A stretch of 62,949 bases of DNA, counting the filler, from Octopus bimaculoides (lineage: Eukaryota), in the NCBI RefSeq assembly GCF_001194135.2. It is 4 parts of 4 records of this genome, joined end to end, with 100 filler letters (N's around TTAATTAATTAA, not from the genome) between each part and the next. Parts side by side here need not be neighbours in the genome. Positions count along the whole stretch, not along the records: positions 1 to 18,704 come from NC_069001.1; positions 18,805 to 26,713 come from NC_068982.1; 2 more parts are not named here. One strand, written 5' to 3'. Shown here piece by piece: positions 10,421 to 21,284 of this stretch. Position 1 is the stretch's first letter, and every line of letters starts with the position of its first letter. The notes under the pieces were generated by a model. That model searched no databases. It saw only the letters and a program-made list of their open reading frames with translations, and had not been told where the DNA came from. The translations under genes were made by a program, and so were the position numbers.

Positions 10421-11368
10421 NNNNNNNNNNNNNNNNNNNNNNNNNNNNNNNNNNNNNNNNNNNNNNNNNNNNNNNNNNNNNNNNNNNNNNNNNNNNNNNN
10501 NNNNNNNNNNNNNNNNNNNNNNNNNNNNNNNNNNNNNNNNNNNNNNNNNNNNNNNNNNNNNNNNNNNNNNNNNNNNNNNNNNNNNNNNNNNNNNNNNNNN
10601 NNNNNNNNNNNNNNNNNNNNNNNNNNNNNNNNNNNNNNNNNNNNNNNNNNNNNNNNNNNNNNNNNNNNNNNNNNNNNNNNNNNNNNNNNNNNNNNNNNNN
10701 NNNNNNNNNNNNNNNNNNNNNNNNNNNNNNNNNNNNNNNNNNNNNNNNNNNNNNNNNNNNNNNNNNNNNNNNNNNNNNNNNNNNNNNNNNNNNNNNNNNN
10801 NNNNNNNNNNNNNNNNNNNNNNNNNNNNNNNNNNNNNNNNNNNNNNNNNNNNNNNNNNNNNNNNNNNNNNNNNNNNNNNNNNNNNNNNNNNNNNNNNNNN
10901 NNNNNNNNNNNNNNNNNNNNNNNNNNNNNNNNNNNNNNNNNNNNNNNNNNNNNNNNNNNNNNNNNNNNNNNNNNNNNNNNNNNNNNNNNNNNNNNNNNNN
11001 NNNNNNNNNNNNNNNNNNNNNNNNNNNNNNNNNNNNNNNNNNNNNNNNNNNNNNNNNNNNNNNNNNNNNNNNNNNNNNNNNNNNNNNNNNNNNNNNNNNN
11101 NNNNNNNNNNNNNNNNNNNNNNNNNNNNNNNNNNNNNNNNNNNNNNNNNNNNNNNNNNNNNNNNNNNNNNNNNNNNNNNNNNNNNNNNNNNNNNNNNNNN
11201 NNNNNNNNNNNNNNNNNNNNNNNNNNNNNNNNNNNNNNNNNNNNNNNNNNNTTCCTAAACACGGGATATAAGACGGGATATAACTCGTTCGAAAATGCTT
11301 TTATAAAGAAGATTTAATTCAAGACTTACGCTGAATGAATGTATACAGGCTACAGAAGAAACAAAATG

Positions 11369-11866
11369 CCGTAAATCCTAGAGTATAATCCGAATTTTCC
11401 CCCAAAAAATTTAATGGTCAAAATCCCTAGTGCGTACTATATACGAGGTTAAAAATGAAAAATATTTTTGCAAGCAATGTCCGAGTCTCTATTTGCTGTC
11501 CGGCAATGTTTATTCAGACGCATTTTGTGATGTAGGGCTTGTAACTGATAGTAATAAATATGTAAAGGCAATGTACTTAATATTTATTTTTCACTGACGT
11601 TATCACTGATATTTCTTTATTTTCAGCAAACAAAGTGCACAAAAAAGCTACACGTTTGCATTATGTTATGTTATGTTATATATATATATATATATATAAT
11701 AATAATAACAAAGGACGTTACCGTATATATGTTTACATATCAAGGACGTTATATAGACCTCCTTGACTCAAGTTAGAGAAGGGGTGCGTATTATACACAA
11801 GGTTTAGGTTTTCCAGAGGTACAGGCCCCTAAAAATCCCCTGCGGACTATACTCGTGGTTTTACGG
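11369..11866. mobile_element. Tc1/pogo-type MITE, about 500 bp
   Basis: Inverted ends CCGTAAATCCTAGAGTATAATCCG / CGGACTATACTCGTGGTTTTACGG. TA on the right flank, TG on the left. Internal copies of the terminal motif near 11430 and 11783. Confidence 0.7.
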
Positions 11867-12189
11867 TATCTAAAAAATGCAGGAAATGTTTGGCAATCGA
11901 TATGTTGGAGTAGGAGGTATGTAAAACCTTCACCAATCCTTTTAAATCATCAGTGAAACTCGACCCTTCACTGCTGCGAATGCTCGGAAAAGTGGCATCG
12001 ATTATGATCAGCAAAATTGAGAATGTCCTAACCACTGGGCCATTGCGACTCCACATCACCCCGCAGTAAGCAATGCAGATATCAAAATTGAATACTGCGC
12101 ACAGCAGCCATCCCATTCCCGGTCCTCTATCCAGCGAGTATTAAGAGCAGTGGGAGCACCTGACGAATGGAACGCGTCACATGAACAAT

Positions 12190-12520
12190 AAGCGGAAGGG
12201 CGTACGCTCCTATCTGGTACAGACGAAAGAAAACGCCGAGAAATTTAACCGGAACCACGTTTCAAACTGCAGGCCCACAGACTTTTCTTGGTTAATTTTT
12301 GCTCCGTTGACAGCCTCGTATAATTTTAGAACGGAACCGAACATATCTGTATGCCTGATGTTCGACACACTATGACGGTGACTTCATCTCATATGTCAAC
12401 AAATTTCTTCCCCGTCTCAGTTCTGGGGTAATGCCTGTAACCACGTCCAATTTCTGCAGTAATGGTTTTAGACTCAGTTCACACAGAAGGAATGAAAGAC
12501 GAATCCCTAGAGTGTCCAAG
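12190..12520 (-). mobile_element. Decayed L1/Tx1-like LINE reverse transcriptase fragment
   Basis: LSFLLCELSLKPLLQKL (cf. LSPLLYVLALEPLL), a frameshifted TY[A]DEVTVIV (YADD box), LKLYEAVNGAKINQEKSVGLQF and PVKFLGVF. Confidence 0.75.
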
Positions 12521-12908
12521 CCTATCCCATGTTCTGGACTGCAATTGTCGATTCCCAAACTGTTGGGGTCAGTGCTGTTGATATCCCGCACACATCTGCA
12601 CAGGCTCGAGTATCTCCCCAAATATGGTCCACCAAAGACTGAATTGTGGTTTTGATGCCACGTTGTACTTTTGTCCGTCGGGTCCATCGACTGGTTTTCG
12701 CTCCTACTTGTCTTAGAGCAAGCGACTTATCTCTGACAATGTATACTTTACGTTTAGTGCTTAAGTGTTGGTCACGGGACAATTTCGCCGATGGTTATCT
12801 GGTATGCGAGGAATATAAACGGTCTCACCTATACCACAACCAGTGAGAATATTTACCTCAATGTAGTTCATCATAAGCTTGTGCATAATTAGTCTTGTAC
12901 AATTGAAA

Positions 12909-13389
12909 TGGCTGTGTGGTAAATAGCTTGCTTAACAACCACATGGTTCCGGGTTCAGTCCCACTGCGTGGCACCTTGGGCTAGTGTCCTCTACTATAGC
13001 CTCGGGAAGACCAAAGCCTTGTGAGTGGATTTGGTAGACGGAACCTGAAAGAAGCCCGTCGTATATATATATATATATATATNNNNNNNNNNNNNNNNNN
13101 NNNNNNNNNNNNNNNNNNNNNNNNNNNNNNNNNNNNNNNNNNNNNNNNNNNNNNNNNNNNNNNNNNNNNNNNNNNNNNNNNNNNNNNNNNNNNNNNNNNN
13201 NNNNNNNNNNNNNNNNNNNNNNNNNNNNNNNNNNNNNNNNNNNNNNNNNNNGCTGTTCGGCAAAAAGAGACCGATAGAATAAGTACTAGGCTTACAAAGA
13301 ATAAGTCCTGGGGTCGATTTGCTCGACTAAAGGCGGTGCCCCAGCATGGCCAGTCAAATGACTGAAACAAGTAAAAGAATAAAAGAGTA
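12909..13389 (+). mobile_element. Probably complete bipartite SINE family A: head, internal (TA)n and gap, 3' tail
   Basis: Head 12909-13061 matches the other copies. Tail 13252-13389 (GTTCGGCAAAAAGAGACCGATAGAATAAGTACTAGG...GGTGCCCCAGCATGGCC...GTAAAAG) matches tails at 29090-29270 and 42880-43061. Continuity across the gap is inferred. Confidence 0.8.
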
Positions 13390-13847
13390 ATAGCATAATA
13401 GGAGTCGCTTTTTTCAGCTGAAGACAATGAGATGTACCTGGTGGTTCTAGTGAGTTCCAAAATTCGATAGGTTAGTTAACACTATCCTGATCATCAAAAA
13501 CACTGTCAATTGAGTCATAAGTGAATATTGCACCCGGATGCTTATTCAACATTATATTATTAATGCTATTTACAGGAACACATATTTTGGGGGGCAGGAT
13601 ATCCCGCTCACACATCCAATCTGTATAAGACCATATTTACCAGTCATTGGGAACGAGTACGATAGTAAAGTGAAGGTTGTGTGTAAGGTAAAAATTAATA
13701 ATTCATAAGCTTCAAACAAGAGTGAGGCAATATATATAACAGGGAGATTAATTAACTCTACTTTCTATAGTTGCACACAATAAAATCTTATCTGGGATTA
13801 AAGAAATACCTTGTTTTGCAATTCAAATAAATATAACAAGAAAATTC

Positions 13848-16800
13848 AAGACTACGTATGTGTCCGACAGAGATAATTGCCTTGCAGGAACAGAGGATAC
13901 GGCAAAGAAACCTTCTAAATTTGAAAAGGTGGTTGGTGTGATGCTAATGAATTTAGGTAGGTGATGATGTCTTTGCGTAACGAATGTTTTGTCATAGTTT
14001 GTAATTAGTATCATATGTTAGAATGGAACTCATTGTGCGTTTGCTGTCGAAATATTTATGAAGAATATGGGATCTGGGGATTAAAGAATGAATTTTGCCG
14101 CAACCTGTAGTAATATGATAACTGAAACAGCCGCTCAAAATCATCAATGCCGATTATATTGAAACCGAAATACAAGCCGTTACAAACGAAGATTCCCAGA
14201 GAGATCTTATGCTCTATGGTTAGAGATGGACTTCACCTAAGGAGAGTTTGAAAGAAACGATTCTGTGACTTGATCAAAAATACGTTGGAAAACTGATGAA
14301 TAATACGGAGGGCCATAAAAGTTGTAGGTAACTGTGCAATGAATGAGCTGTAACTACAGGTCGTTTTTCATAAAGTTCCTCCGAATATGCGATCTTGCCT
14401 GTAGAGAGAAAAGACATCAATAGTGAATTATGTTTCGGGTGCCCTTTCTTTATTTCTTACATGCTCTGGTAAGGAAACTTCACCTGCAACATCAGAAGAA
14501 GGAAACATCAAACACTGAAGTAACTGAAACAATTCTAAAGAAGCGGAAGATGAGAATAATTTTGAAATGTTTGGGATTTGCGGTCATGCTAAAAAAAAAA
14601 GATAAAAGTTTGCATCACTGAAAACATTTATGGTGACATGTTTTTTGTACGTATTTTTCCTCAGAGACGCAGGTTCGAGACGTGAATATTATTTTACTCC
14701 AAGGTCATTTGTAATTACGCATTTACTTGCAAAAGCTGAGCGCCCACGTATGCACACCCATTGAAGCACGTGCTCAAGCGCATGATGTATTACCTGTTTG
14801 TCAATTGTGCAAATACATCCTTTGACATATATACATATATATATATATAGCCATGTGAACATACATATTCGTATTTTAATACACGCNNNNNNNNNNNNNN
14901 NNNNNNNNNNNNNNNNNNNNNNNNNNNNNNNNNNNNNNNNNNNNNNNNNNNNNNNNNNNNNNNNNNNNNNNNNNNNNNNNNNNNNNNNNNNNNNNNNNNN
15001 NNNNNNNNNNNNNNNNNNNNNNNNNNNNNNNNNNNNNNNNNNNNNNNNNNNNNNNNNNNNNNNNNNNNNNNNNNNNNNNNNNNNNNNNNNNNNNNNNNNN
15101 NNNNNNNNNNNNNNNNNNNNNNNNNNNNNNNNNNNNNNNNNNNNNNNNNNNNNNNNNNNNNNNNNNNNNNNNNNNNNNNNNNNNNNNNNNNNNNNNNNNN
15201 NNNNNNNNNNNNNNNNNNNNNNNNNNNNNNNNNATACATATATTTCAAGGTTTTTAACTTTTAAATTGGTATATTTAAAAGAAATAGAAACTTCAAATTC
15301 GATATATCCAAGATCGATTTATTTACCACTCTATGTCAACATTTCTGTGCCCAAACTAATCCAGTGACTGGTCCATTGGATTTCCGACATTTGGCACTTC
15401 TGCATGAGCCTTTATTATATTTAGTTGTATATGTGACTCATCTGACTTTAATTTCCGACGTTGTTACCGTGTTAGCTATATCACTATTATTGCAACCGTC
15501 ACGATTTAGACGGATCTGCTGTTTTTCATTGCAGTCTGCATCTTAGCTTTCTTGCTATTGCGATGTATGTGTTTCCTAGGTCCAATAGGGTTATTGAACG
15601 GCTGTTTTATTGTTTTTTTACTATTAATGCGGTGCCTATGATACTCTGAATACCTACAGTTAGCGTAAGTTATCTTCAGGATGTGTCTAGAAGAAACAGC
15701 AAGGTATTCACTTGATTTTGGGAAACGATTGTCTGAAGCGCTAAAAATATATTTGTGTGTATGTTTGTGTGTCTGCGTGTATCTGTGTGTGTGTGTGTGT
15801 GACATTGTCTCTTTTGGTAACCTACCACCGCTTTATAGCCGTTGTTCGTGTGTTTATATTATGTTACTTTGTTGATCGTAAAATCATCAGAGGCCGTTCC
15901 GAGCATGACTAGTGTTAAATGACTAAAACAAGAGATGAGAGATTATATATGCGTACAATACATATATACATACATACATACATGCATATATATACATATA
16001 TATATATATTGTGTTTTTTTGTAATTTGTTCTGATGGTAGCCACTCCTGAAGAAGTGCCAAATNNNNNNNNNNNNNNNNNNNNNNNNNNNNNNNNNNNNN
16101 NNNNNNNNNNNNNNNNNNNNNNNNNNNNNNNNNNNNNNNNNNNNNNNNNNNNNNNNNNNNNNNATGCATATATAATCTCTCATCTCTTGTTTTAGTCATT
16201 TAACAGTAGTCATGCTGCGGAACGGCCTCAGATGATTTTACGATCAACTAAGTAACATAATGTAAACACACGAACATCGGCTATAAAGCGGTGGTAGGTT
16301 ACCAAAAAAGCCAATGTCACACACACACAGATACACGCAGACACACAAACATACACACAAATGTATTTTTACCGCTTCAGACAATCGTTTCCCAAAATCA
16401 AGTGAATACCTTGTTGTTTCTTCTAGACACATCCTGAAGATAACTTACGCTAACTGTAGTTATTCGGATTATCATAGGCACCGCATTAATAGTAAAAAAG
16501 CAATAAAACAACCGTTCAATAATCCTACTGGACCTAGGAAACACATACATCGCAATAGCAAGAAAGGAGATGCAGACTGCAATGAAAAACAACAGATCCG
16601 TCTAAATCGTGACGGTTGCCATAATAGTGATATAGCTAACACGGTAACAACGTCGGAAATTAAGGTCAGATGAGCCACATATACGACTAAATATAATAAA
16701 GGCTCATGCAGAGAAAAGTCAAGATGCCCATTGATGAACCACTGTAACAGTACAAATGCATGTATCTACGTGTGCTTATGTGAAAATGTTACATGTATGT

Positions 16801-18062
16801 ACGGACAGATGGGTGGATTGAAGGATAGATACATGTAAGTATGTGTACGTGCTTTTATGTGTAAACGTATGTATGTTTGTTTGAATATATGCATGTATTT
16901 AAATACGAAGATATATGTTTACATGGCTCTATATATATATATATATATATCAAAGGAAGTATTTGCACAATTGACAAACAGGTAATACATCATGCGCTTG
17001 AGCACGTGCTTCAATGGGTGTGCATACGTGGGCGCTCACTTTTGGAAGTAAATGCGTAATTACAAATGACCTTGGAGTAAAATAATATTCACGTCTCGAA
17101 CCTGCGTCTCCGAGAAAAAATACGTACAAAAAACATGTCACCATAAATGGTTTCAGTGATGCAAATATTTAATTTTTTTTCTTTAGCATGACCGCAAATC
17201 CCAAACATTTCAAAATTATTCTCATCTTCCGCTTCGTTAGAATTGTTTCGGTTACTTCAATGTTTCATGGTTCTTTCTTCTGATGTTGCAGGTGAAGTTT
17301 CCTTACGAGAGCATGTAAGAAATAAAGAAAGGGCACCTGAAACATAATTCACTATTCATGTCTTTTCTCTCTACAGGCAAGATCGCATATTCGGAAGATC
17401 TGTATGAAAAACGACCTGTAGTTACAGCTCATTCATTGCACAGTTACCTACAACGTGTATGGCCCTCCGTATTATTCATCAGTTTTCCAACGTATTTTTG
17501 ATCAAGTCACGGAAGCGCTTCCCCGTTTTTAATTGTATTCTTGATCAAGTCACCGAATCGTTTCTTTCAAACTCTCCTTAGGTGAAATCCATCTCTAACC
17601 ATAAAGCATGAGATCTCTTTGGGAATCTTCGTTTGTAACGGCTTGTATTTCGGTTTCAATATAGTCGGTATTGATGATTTTGAGCGGCTGTTTCTGTTAT
17701 CATAGGTGTCATTCATATTACTACAGGTTGCGTCAAAATTCATTCTTTAATCCCCAGATCCAATATTCTTCATAAATATTTCGACAGCAAACGCTCAATG
17801 AGCTCCATTCTAACATGTGATACTAATTACAAACTATGACAAATCACTCGTTATGCAATGACGTCATCACCTACCTAACTTTATTAGCATCACACCAAGC
17901 ACCTTTTCAAATTTAGAAGGTCTCTTTGCCGTATCCTCTTTTCCATTTATCCACAGCAATGGATCTCACCTTGGCAAACTCCACTACACGAAAATCCACT
18001 ACACGAAAATCCACCCTTGTGTTCCTGCAAGGCAATTGTCTTTGTCGAACACGTACATAGCC
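13848..18062. repeat. Large diverged inverted duplication (arms about 13848-15954 and 16164-18062)
   Basis: 13848-14886 aligns in reverse with about 18062-16890, and 15399-15954 with 16711-16164. Identity is roughly 90-95% by eye, with indels. The spacer contains a 100-N gap. Confidence 0.9.
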
Positions 18063-18600
18063 GCTTGGCACACATTTACGTTAAACTGAGGTGTGCACAC
18101 TCACTAATTTTTAACATTCTGGTTCACATTCGCTGTTTTTAGAAGTACTTGGAATTAAAGCGTGTTGTGTGTGATTGCTGAATTGAACACGACAGAGAGC
18201 TCTGAGCAGAGGATCTGCATCAAATTTTACCAAAATCTTGGGGATACCTGCCCAGACGCCCACGCAACGTTCCAAGTTCCAGAAACAGTTTAGAGGGGCA
18301 CACATTGTATGAGCTGCAAGTAAGTGTACAAGTGGATCAGACATTTCCAAGATGGCTGAAATAGTGTCGATAATGACGAACGTTCTGGGAAATCCGAAAC
18401 CAGCAGGACTGAGAAAAACACCGCAGATTTGCTTCCAGCTGTGAAGGGAAATATTCGAATCGCCATCCGTGAGTTATCAGAGGATGAGTAGATTAGTTAC
18501 GGTTCAGTTCAGTCTATTGTCACTGAAAATTTGGGCATGAGATGCGTGTCTGCCAATTTTGAGTTAAAACTGCTTTCAGCTGACGAAAAACACTCGGGTT
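18059..18600 (+). pseudogene. Decayed mariner transposase (5' UTR and N-terminal HTH region), left TIR missing
   Basis: EQRICIKFYQNLGDTC...MSCK*VYKWIRHFQDG*NSVDNDERSGKSETSRTEKN...IRELSEDE*ISYGSVQSIVTENLGMRCVSANF, with three in-frame stops. Confidence 0.85.
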
Positions 18601-18748
18601 TCAGTTGCTTTAATCAAAAAGATTGCGGCCGTACTGGGGCACCGTGTTGGAGAATTGTTGGTGTAAAGAATCGACACTAGTACTTACATTTTAATCCAGG
18701 TATTNNNNNNNNNNNNNNNNNNNNNNNNNNNNNNNNNNNNNNNNNNNN

Positions 18749-18760
18749 TTAATTAATTAA
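18749..18760. other. Artificial gap linker TTAATTAATTAA (44 N + 12 + 44 N)
   Basis: The same 100-bp architecture occurs at 26758-26769 and 57812-57823. The linker gives stops in all six frames. Confidence 0.9.
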
Positions 18761-18804
18761 NNNNNNNNNNNNNNNNNNNNNNNNNNNNNNNNNNNNNNNN
18801 NNNN

Positions 18805-18833
18805 GTGTGTGTGTGTGTGTGTGTGTGTGGTGT

Positions 18834-18869
<36 letters not shown>

Positions 18870-19022
18870 CATTTAAAATGGAAGATACATAGGGTTAAAG
18901 GCAGAATGATAACAGAAAAGAAAAATTATTTCAGAAAGGTAATGAAAGAGAGACATAAAAAGCCATGAAGAGAGAATAAAAGGTCGACAAATAGAGAGAG
19001 ACAGAGTGAGAAGGAGGGAAAA

Positions 19023-19093
<71 letters not shown>

Positions 19094-19527
19094 CGGGAAA
19101 AGGGAATGATAGCGTAGAAGGGAGAATGAAAGAGTGACAGAGAGAGAGAGAGAGAGAGACTCATAGAGAAAATATCAGAGAGAGAGAATGACAGAGAGAA
19201 TGACGAGAGAAAATGATATAGAGAGAATGATAGCGAGAGAGAGAGGGGGAGAGGGAAAGTGAATAATAGAGAGAGAATGACAGAGAATGATAGAGAGAGA
19301 ATGATCGAGAGAGAGACAGACACAGAGAGAGAGACACAGACAGACAGACTGAGAATGATAGAGAGGGATAAAGGGTAAACGGAGAGCTAAAAGAAAGAGT
19401 GAGAGAGCTAAGAGAGTGGGAGAGCGAGAGATAGAGAGAATATGAAAGTGGTGTGAGGGATAGTAACAGTAGAGATAGTAATAGCGTTGTTTCTTTGGCT
19501 GTTTACTTTTCTTTTTTCATTTACCAA

Positions 19528-19567
<40 letters not shown>

Positions 19568-19570
19568 CAA
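18805..19570. repeat. Compound microsatellite block: (GT)n, long imperfect (GA)n, (TAG)n
   Basis: Direct reading. Confidence 0.9.
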
Positions 19571-20134
19571 TTTAAAATGGAGAGAGAGAGAAGGAGGGAG
19601 GGAGAGGGGGAGGGAGGGGAAAAAAGGCTAGCAACACCAATAATCAAAGTGTCTATTGGGAACATAACAAAATCACATTCTATGAAACATAAAGGTCACT
19701 TTGACCCTGTTTCTTTAATTTTCAGGTTTTAATTTTTATATTTATTTATATATATTTATTTTTTTAAAATTTTATCTAACAATAATTTTTATATATTTTT
19801 TAAAATTTTTATATATTTTTTAAAATTTTTATTTAGCAATAATTTTAATTTTTTTAAAAATTTTTCCATTTTTTTTTTTAATGTTTTACTGTTAGTATTT
19901 GTTGCTTTTTGTTTTTTTTATTTTCAAAAAAATATTTTTTTTATGTTGTTTTATTTTTCAGTTATGTAATTTTTTAAAATTTTATTACTTAATTATTTAT
20001 TTTTTATTTATTTAATTTTTTTTTAATGAAATGAATGATGAAAAAATTTTTTTTTGTATTATTTTTCATTTTTAAAAAAATTTAAATAGTGAAACTTGTC
20101 TTAAAACGTTCAGAATACACCAGGCCATGATAAT

Positions 20135-21084
20135 GTCAGCAAACATTATATAGGATGACTAATATAGTAATGATGGTGACGATGTTGGTTGTGGTGGTGG
20201 TGATGATGATGATGATGATGATGACGACAATGAAGGTGAAGTTGATAATGATGATGAGGAGGAGGAAGATGGTGTTGATAGTGGTGGTGATAGTGACGAT
20301 GGTTATGATGGTTATACTGATGATAATGATGACGACGACGATTATTAAAGGGAGAGGAGGAGAATGAGGATGGAGACGAAAATGATGGTGATAATGATGA
20401 TGAGGATGACGATGATGACGACGACGACGCATCAATAACAAATGATAAATTATGAAGATGAAGCTTGTGATAATGATGTTGTTGCTGCTGCAGCTCCTGC
20501 TGTTGTTTTTGTTGTTGTTGTTGTTGTTGTTGTTGGAGGTGATGGTGATGACGACGACAAACGACGATGATGATGGTGATAGTGATGATAATGATGATGA
20601 TGATGACGACGATGACGACGATGATGATGATGAATCTCAGTATAATGCTTTACTGATCTGATGGTCGGCGGAAATAGGTATAGGGGGGAGGATGAAGGAA
20701 TAGGATGCTGAGTTCTGTCATGTCCATACCTTTACTAAAAATATGTGAAGACATAAACATCACACACGCACACACACACAGACACACAATATCCCCCCCA
20801 CACACCTTTTCTTTCACTCAAAGAAAAATTTTTTGTAAAAAACACGAACGTCATATTTTCCAATCTCTCTTATGTCCCTTATTTTCAATAGGATTTAAGG
20901 GTCAAGACAGAGGGACAGCAATCTGTGATATTTAGGCCCCAATATTCTCTTTTACTCGCTCAAGAGCATTGACAGAAGCAAAATAAATAAATAAATAAAT
21001 TTTAAATTCCCAATCAGAACTTGAAATCCAACACCATTTCTCGCTAATAATTGTATCGCCTTCAGGGCTGTTGTTGCTGCTGGA

Positions 21085-21123
<39 letters not shown>

Positions 21124-21200
21124 GCCACCACTACATCACCTTCACCAACACTGCCACCACAACCAACAACAACACTACCACGACGACTAGCACTACTTGC
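20135..21200. repeat. Mosaic trinucleotide low-complexity block (GAT/GGT/GTT/TAC/AAC)
   Basis: Direct reading. It produces the poly-M/D/L/Y ORFs in the track. Confidence 0.9.
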
Positions 21201-21284
21201 TACTACTGCATTGGCACAAGGACGCAAATCCTGGGAGAGAGGTACATCCTATTATATAGACCCCAGTTCTTGAATAGTAATTTA

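Noticed and set aside
13823-14420. LRR-like snippets on the minus strand of the left palindrome arm (DLSGN; ISITPTTFSNLEG; IIGIDDFERLFQL)
   Set aside because: They lie in different frames separated by many stops, and the LxxLxLxxN spacing is not met. Chance is likely unless tBLASTn shows otherwise.
16398-16678. Hydrophobic ORFs suggesting a GPCR or membrane-protein pseudogene in the inner arms
   Set aside because: No family motif; the frames differ between the arms; T-rich DNA gives hydrophobic translations by default.
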